Assembly: GCA_965203175.1 (NCBI GenBank)
Contig: OZ241867.1
Span: forward strand, 768,001-832,000
DNA: 64,000 nucleotides
Direction of reading: 5' to 3'
Source: Candidatus Latescibacterota bacterium
Lineage (GTDB): Bacteria > Latescibacterota > UBA2968 > UBA8231
The position numbers were made by a program, and so were the translations under genes. Below, one piece after another: positions 56,549 to 64,000 of this stretch (position 1 is the stretch's first letter; each line of letters begins with the position of its first letter). The notes beneath the pieces are model-generated. The model was given only the letters and a program-made list of their open reading frames with translations, made no database searches and was not told where the DNA came from.

Positions 56549-56578
56549 TTTTAATATGACAAACGCCACAGAACCATG

Positions 56579-57571
56579 TCAAATGCTTTTTACTTTCACC
56601 GGCTGCCCGCTAGCGGCCGAGGCCCATGCCGCTTCGGTCAGTTCAATGACCCGCAGGCCGCATTCGGGGGGCACCTGCACCTGATCGCGGCCGAGAATCG
56701 CGTCGATGAAATTCTGGTCGGGCGTCGTCGAGCCGGGCAAGTTATTTACTTCGTACACCTCGTTGCTGTGCTGCGTCTTGTAAAAGATCTGTCCCCGGCG
56801 TATATAGACCGCGGCCTTGGTCCCCCAGATGGTGATGTCCTCCCATATCCCGCTGGCCGGCGAGTTGCCCACCACCGCAATCGTCCCCAGCGCGCCGTTG
56901 CCAAAGCGCAGCGACAGCGCCGAGTTGATGTCCACTTCGGAGTCTAAATACTCCATGTAGGCCTGCACTTCCGCCACCTCTAACCCGGTCATCCACAACA
57001 CAATGTCCAGTAGGTGGCTTCCCGAGTCGTTGAGCTGTCCGCCGCCCGACAGCGCCATTTGCTGCCGCCACAGTCCGATCGTCCCCTGGTACCACTTCTG
57101 GTCTTGGAGCGCCGATATAAATTGGATGTCCCCCAATTCCCCGGCCGCAATCTGGTTGCGCACATAGCGGTACTGCGCCTGCAAGTGCCGCTGATAGGAA
57201 ATCATTACGAGCTTGTCGGTCTCCTCGGCTTTGGCGATAACTTGGCGCGCGTGATCGACAGTACAGACCATCGGCTTTTCGGTCAGCACGTGCAGCCCTT
57301 TGTCCAGCGCGGCCATAATCTGCTCAAAGTGCAATGTGTGGGGCGTGGAAATTTCTACCGCATCCAGTTCGACTTGCTCCAGCATCTCTTGGTAGTGGGT
57401 AAACTCCGGCAACTCCGCGGCCTGCGAGTTGCGCTCTTTGGCTCGCTGCAGACTGGCCTGATCCACATCACACAACGCCACCACTTCGGCCTCGGGGATG
57501 TCGAGAACCCGCCCTAGGTGCCCGCTGGCATTTCCACCACAGCCGATAAATCCCACGCGAATCTTGTCCAT
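56579..57571 (-). CDS. Gfo/Idh/MocA family oxidoreductase
   Basis: GFIGCG, TPH..H, EKPM, GGQLNDSGSH. Confidence 0.92.
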   Translation of the reverse strand: MDKIRVGFIGCGGNASGHLGRVLDIPEAEVVALCDVDQASLQRAKERNSQAAELPEFTHYQEMLEQVELDAVEISTPHTLHFEQIMAALDKGLHVLTEKPMVCTVDHARQVIAKAEETDKLVMISYQRHLQAQYRYVRNQIAAGELGDIQFISALQDQKWYQGTIGLWRQQMALSGGGQLNDSGSHLLDIVLWMTGLEVAEVQAYMEYLDSEVDINSALSLRFGNGALGTIAVVGNSPASGIWEDITIWGTKAAVYIRRGQIFYKTQHSNEVYEVNNLPGSTTPDQNFIDAILGRDQVQVPPECGLRVIELTEAAWASAASGQPVKVKSI

Positions 57572-57611
57572 TTTCCTCTCTTTTCAGTCTGGTTGAAGAG
57601 ATCGCCGGTGA

Positions 57612-59579
<1,968 letters not shown>

Positions 59580-59595
59580 TCAAGGAGGGCGCACT

Positions 59596-60390
59596 TCAAG
59601 GCCGCCTTGATCCCTGGTAAACGCGCGGCATCAAAAGCTGGCCATTGCGAGCCAGAGGCAAGCCGGCAAAGGCACAGGAGTTGCCCCACTGGTCGATGGC
59701 AGCCGCGGTTTTGTACTCGTTGATGATGGCGTGGCGGGCGCGCGGGGTATAGTTGTGCCCGGCGCGGTGAACGACGAGGACGTGGATGATGGCCACGTCG
59801 CCCGGCTCGGCCTCTAAGACGACCTGCTCACTGGCGGGGATGTGATCGTCGGGGATGGTGTGGCTGCTTTCCAACGTGGGGTACTCGCCCTTGAGGTGGC
59901 TGCCGGGCAGGACCTCGGTGGCCCCGGCTTCAAATCCACTCGGATCGAGGTACGTAATGGCCGCGGCCAAGTCTGGCTCGGTATGGCGCTCGTACGGCCA
60001 GTCTTGGTGCCAACTCTGGGTGCAGACAAAGCCGGGGGGTTTGTTGCGAATCTTGCCGTTGTGGAAATCAAGGTCCGGGCCTAACAGATCGACCATGACC
60101 GAGACAATGCGTGGCTCGGTGAACTGGTCGAACCAGTAGTCGCCAGCCAACGTCTGATCCATCATGCCGACGACATTGCGCGGATTGAAGGGGTCGGGCG
60201 CGTACCCGTCCGGCGCGTCCATAAAGGAGTACTTGACGTTCTTGGGCCGGGATTCGATCTCGGTCACCAGACGATAAAACTCGTCACGCATCTGCTCCAT
60301 CTCCCTAGGGCCGTAAAAGCCTTTGAGCAAGAGATAGCCGTTGTCGTCGAAAAACTGCTTCTGCTCGGGGTCTAAAATGAGCAAGCTCAT
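59596..60390 (-). CDS. Phytanoyl-CoA dioxygenase (PhyH) family protein
   Basis: WHQD, LPGSH, VHRAG.N..R motifs. Confidence 0.88.
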   Translation of the reverse strand: MSLLILDPEQKQFFDDNGYLLLKGFYGPREMEQMRDEFYRLVTEIESRPKNVKYSFMDAPDGYAPDPFNPRNVVGMMDQTLAGDYWFDQFTEPRIVSVMVDLLGPDLDFHNGKIRNKPPGFVCTQSWHQDWPYERHTEPDLAAAITYLDPSGFEAGATEVLPGSHLKGEYPTLESSHTIPDDHIPASEQVVLEAEPGDVAIIHVLVVHRAGHNYTPRARHAIINEYKTAAAIDQWGNSCAFAGLPLARNGQLLMPRVYQGSRRP

Positions 60391-61541
60391 GGCGTGGCGT
60401 CCTTTGCGGTTGAGCGGTTGGGTAGGAAGAAGGCCAGCCCAGCGGGCAATATCGGCAGCAGGGCTAGGTATTTCAAGGTCTCAGCCACGCCGATCTGGTC
60501 GCCGAAATGGCCGATCAGCGGCAGCGCGAGGCTGGCCAAGCCCCAGCTAAAGCCCAGCGGCAGGCTGGAGACCAAGCCCGTATTTTCCGGCGCAAACTCT
60601 TGGGCCATGGCGACCATGATCGAATTGGAAGACAGCAGCAGGCCGCCGCCCAAAAAGAGCAGGGTATAGCTAGCCAGCGTGCCCTCGACATAGATGAAGG
60701 CGTAGAGTGGCGGCACCGAGCACAGCAGCGATCCCCAGACCAGCGGTTTAGGATCGACGCGATCGGCTAGATAGCCAACGATGAGCGCGCCGACCACGCC
60801 GGCGATATTGTAGATTCCCAAGGGGATGCCGCCCGCGACGAGACCAAGGCCGCGCTCCTGGGCCATGAGCGTCAAAAACGTGCCAAAGCCCAGTCCCGAC
60901 ACTGAGCGCAAAATGACGATCGCGGTGATCAGCACGAGAGGACCCGCTTGGTCGCCGAGACTGCGCCACTGGGCCGTGCTTCTGCCGTGGGAGAAGTTGG
61001 GGTTGCCCAGCGGCACCGCGCGATACATGAGCAGGAGAAACAACAGGCCGGGAATGGAGAGGTAGGGCAGGGATTCCAGCCCGAAGGAATTGGTGTAGGC
61101 AGGTGCCCACAGCGGCGTTAGGCCCAGCCCCAGTGTCCCGCCAAAGATAAAGAGCGCCAAGCCAAAGGAGCGGCGCGGTCCGCTGAGTTCGCCGGCCAGC
61201 GAAAAGACTTGGGGGTGGAAGGCGGCAACCCCGAGCCCACCCAGCGTCAGAATGGCAACGAGAGTCAGATAATTGTGAGCCAACCCCATGAGCGGGGAGA
61301 AAACGGTCGCCAAGGCCAAACCACCGACGATCAGCCAGCGCCAAGCCATGCGGTCGGCCCACAAGCCCATGAGAGGCTGGCTGATATTGCATATAGAAAC
61401 GATGGAACCCAAAAACCCAACTTGCGCCAAGCTCAGCCCCAAGTTGACCTTGATCAGGGGCAAGAGCGGGGCCAGCATCGTGGCGTAGCTATCGACGCAA
61501 AAATGCGAGACCGAGATGACGAACAAGCGGAGTTTTTGCAT
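60387..61541 (-). CDS. MFS transporter (Fsr-like)
   Basis: SHFCVD, QPLMG.WADR, AAFHP; 12 hydrophobic segments. Confidence 0.88.
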   Translation of the reverse strand: MQKLRLFVISVSHFCVDSYATMLAPLLPLIKVNLGLSLAQVGFLGSIVSICNISQPLMGLWADRMAWRWLIVGGLALATVFSPLMGLAHNYLTLVAILTLGGLGVAAFHPQVFSLAGELSGPRRSFGLALFIFGGTLGLGLTPLWAPAYTNSFGLESLPYLSIPGLLFLLLMYRAVPLGNPNFSHGRSTAQWRSLGDQAGPLVLITAIVILRSVSGLGFGTFLTLMAQERGLGLVAGGIPLGIYNIAGVVGALIVGYLADRVDPKPLVWGSLLCSVPPLYAFIYVEGTLASYTLLFLGGGLLLSSNSIMVAMAQEFAPENTGLVSSLPLGFSWGLASLALPLIGHFGDQIGVAETLKYLALLPILPAGLAFFLPNRSTAKDATP

Positions 61542-61550
61542 TCGCCTAGT

Positions 61551-62768
61551 CTAAACCGTAACCCCTGCGCCGTCCAGACGGCGGCAGAGGCCAAAGGCAC
61601 CGAGCGCACCGAGCGCTGTGAGCGCCGTGCCTAGGTAGAAGGGCAGGGCGGCATTTATCTCGATCAAGTAGCCGCCGAGCAAGCTGCCGACCACCATCGA
61701 GCCGCTCCAAGCGAAGTGGCCCAAGCCGACGAGGCGGTTTTTTTCTTCGGGGGCGGCGACGTCGTTGATGAGCCGGGGAATCAGCGTCGAGACGGCCCAC
61801 GCCGTAGCGGTGAGAGCGGTACCGCAGGCAAAGAGGCCGACGAGGGAATCGTGCCACAGGGCCAGTCCCAAGGCGCTGAGGAAGACGCCAGACGCCGAGC
61901 CGAGGAGCGGTGCAGTGCGGCCGAGGCGGTCGTTGAGATAGCCGACGCTGAGCTGACAGCAGGCCGCCGCCACCAGCGAGAGGGAGGCAAAGAACGCGGG
62001 CAAGGCCTCGCTTCCGCCAACTCGATAGATCAACAGGGGCAGGGCCAGCGTCGCCATACCCCAGAAGGTAGTGATAGTCAGGCGCAGGCTGAGCAAAAGG
62101 TGCACATTGCGGCGGCCCAAAAGCGGTCGGTAGGCCGTCCACGTATTGAGACGCGCCGTCTGCGCCGTGGCGGGGGCAGGCGCGTCGCCGGGCAACAGCG
62201 CCAGCGCTACGGCAACTACCGCGACCATGCCGATGCACATGGCAGCGCCAATCTGGGCAAAGGAATAGGCGGTTTTAACCAAGCCGGTACAAAAACTGCC
62301 GAGCGCGTTGCCGAGCGTATTGCTGAGAAAGTACAAAGCGCCGCCCAAACCGAGTCGAGCGGGACTGACTGAGGTAATGAGAATGCTCTGTCCGGCCGTG
62401 GACCAAGGGCCGCTGGCCGCGCCCATCACCAACAGCAGGCACGAGAGTCCCCAAGGATCTGCGGTGCGAAAGACCAAGCCGGTGAACGCGCTGCCGATGA
62501 GGCCAATCATCAGGGTTGTCTTGCGGCCAAAGCGGTCGCAGAGCCGGCCGGCGACCACGGCAAATATCCCCCCCAAGAACAGCATGAGCCCGCGCAGATA
62601 GCCGGTAAACCACGGAGGCCGCGCCAAATCGGCTTCGATATAAACGGGGAAGAGCGCTTGGAAGGGGGCGACGAGGAAGCTCTCGAAAAAGTAAATCAAA
62701 CAAAGGGCCAGGAAGGCGCGGCTGAGCAGCCCGCCTTCCTGGCCCGTGGTCGCGGATGTTGAGTCCAA
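61551..62768 (-). CDS. MFS transporter
   Basis: GRLCDRFGRK and GYLNDRLGR motif A repeats. Confidence 0.88.
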   Translation of the reverse strand: MDSTSATTGQEGGLLSRAFLALCLIYFFESFLVAPFQALFPVYIEADLARPPWFTGYLRGLMLFLGGIFAVVAGRLCDRFGRKTTLMIGLIGSAFTGLVFRTADPWGLSCLLLVMGAASGPWSTAGQSILITSVSPARLGLGGALYFLSNTLGNALGSFCTGLVKTAYSFAQIGAAMCIGMVAVVAVALALLPGDAPAPATAQTARLNTWTAYRPLLGRRNVHLLLSLRLTITTFWGMATLALPLLIYRVGGSEALPAFFASLSLVAAACCQLSVGYLNDRLGRTAPLLGSASGVFLSALGLALWHDSLVGLFACGTALTATAWAVSTLIPRLINDVAAPEEKNRLVGLGHFAWSGSMVVGSLLGGYLIEINAALPFYLGTALTALGALGAFGLCRRLDGAGVTV

Positions 62769-62771
62769 GGG

Positions 62772-63731
62772 TTATTTCTTGCTGGCGGCGACCGAGTTTT
62801 TGAGGACGCCGATCCCAGAAATTTCAATTTCGACCTTGTCGCCCTTTTTCATAAAGGTGCCGGTGGTCGCGCCGACGCCCGATATGGTACCGGTGCTGAT
62901 CAGGTCGCCCGGTTCTAGGGTAATAATCGCCGAGATGTACTCGATGATCCTATTAACCGGATAGAGCATCTGGCCGGTGTTGTTGTGTTGCTTGCGCTCG
63001 CCATTGATGTACGTGCTGATGTCGAGGACTTGCGGATTCTTGATCTCGTCCGCGGTGACGATCCAAGGTCCCTGCGGGGCAAAGGTGTCGAGCCATTTGC
63101 CGTTGAGCCAGTCGAACCACTCGTCGCGCGGGCGGCTGTCAGTGCGCTTCTTGATGACCAACTCGCGCTCGGATACGTCGTTCATAACGGTGTATCCAGC
63201 CACGTATCTGAGCGCGTCCTTGGCTTTGACGCCCTTGGTCTTGCGACCAATGACCACGGCCAACTCGCCTTCCCAGTCGATGCTGTTGGCGATCGGGGGA
63301 ATGAGGATGCGGTCCCCGGGGCCAATGACCGTGGTCGTCGGCGGCTTCATAAAGACGCGCGGGGTTTCCTTGTCTTGGGCATCCATTTTACCGCCGCCCT
63401 CTTCGATGTGGTCTTGGTAGTTGCCAGCCAAGCAGAACACCTTGCGCGGGTTGGGCACGGGAGCGCGGAGGCGGACCTTGCTGAGGGCGTGGATAGTTTT
63501 GCCGTTGGGTTCCTTATCCTCGGCATACGCCGCGGCCTGTTTGGCGGCGCGCAGGCCCTTAGCACCAGCGCCGAGCAGCGCGAGCATGTCGCTAAAGAAG
63601 GGATGAGTCTTGCGCTTTTCACGGCGAGCCAAGATGCGATCGACAGCGGCGAGGTCCACGACGATATTGTCGTCGCCGACGACTGCGCCCACGCGCTGTT
63701 CGCCAGCGGCAGAGTACGTGGCTAGTTTCAC
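62772..63731 (-). CDS. Fumarylacetoacetate hydrolase family protein
   Basis: NY.DH, DWEGEL, NDVSER, GKWLDTF.P.GP, PGD.ISTGT. Confidence 0.92.
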   Translation of the reverse strand: MKLATYSAAGEQRVGAVVGDDNIVVDLAAVDRILARREKRKTHPFFSDMLALLGAGAKGLRAAKQAAAYAEDKEPNGKTIHALSKVRLRAPVPNPRKVFCLAGNYQDHIEEGGGKMDAQDKETPRVFMKPPTTTVIGPGDRILIPPIANSIDWEGELAVVIGRKTKGVKAKDALRYVAGYTVMNDVSERELVIKKRTDSRPRDEWFDWLNGKWLDTFAPQGPWIVTADEIKNPQVLDISTYINGERKQHNNTGQMLYPVNRIIEYISAIITLEPGDLISTGTISGVGATTGTFMKKGDKVEIEISGIGVLKNSVAASKK

Positions 63732-63818
63732 AATTTCCTCCGTATGCAAAGGGTTTCTGCGCCGACCCTTCGGTCGGTGCATTGGTAAATAGATAGGGAC
63801 AATTTATATTCGATCAGC

Positions 63819-64000
63819 ATGGCAAAAGAATACTTCATCCATCCCAGCACCTGCGTCGATGAGCCGGTCGCCATTGGCGCGGGAACCCATATATGGCATT
63901 TCTGCCACCTGATGCCCGACGCCCAAATCGGCCAAAACTGCAATCTTGGCCAGAACGTCTATGTCGATCGCGGCGTGGTGATCGGCGACGGCTGCAAAAT
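63819..64000 (+). CDS. Hexapeptide-repeat N-acetyltransferase (WbpD-like), 3'-truncated by window edge
   Basis: Own translation: MAKEYFIHPSTCVDEPVAIGAGTHIWHFCHLMPDAQIGQNCNLGQNVYV…. Confidence 0.85.
   Translation, partial: MAKEYFIHPSTCVDEPVAIGAGTHIWHFCHLMPDAQIGQNCNLGQNVYVDRGVVIGDGCK

Overview
GC-rich bacterial chromosomal window. The mix of many PhyH dioxygenases, Zn/Gfo-type dehydrogenases, family-5 ABC systems and a TonB receptor resembles Latescibacterota/Gemmatimonadota/Poribacteria-like MAGs; this taxon guess is inference only. Housekeeping genes (ettA partial, polA, metG, moaA) are interspersed with: a form-II Cox/xanthine-oxidase-family molybdoenzyme cluster (coxG-S-L-M, mocA, coxD, coxE, xdhC); several toxin-antitoxin modules or remnants; a TonB receptor plus a peptide/oligosaccharide ABC operon of different composition; a low-GC 1515-aa nuclease-STAND (Avs-like) defence gene; an orphan Zn-ribbon amino-methyltransferase; and a long minus-strand run of catabolic enzymes. 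Four signals stand out. (1) At 39.5-40.26 kb, ~25-bp palindromes with variable arms and an ACA-n-TGT core (four back-to-back) sit at gene-truncation junctions and bracket the Avs-like gene, suggesting a cassette/recombination hotspot. (2) A short covarying hairpin element lies in frame in unrelated proteins. (3) A ~300-nt structured intergenic unit carries a 16-nt near-perfect match to the 16S rRNA 3' end plus a micro-ORF. (4) A FolC-ATP-grasp double-ligase fusion follows moaA. No rRNA, tRNA, CRISPR array, transposase or integrase was seen.
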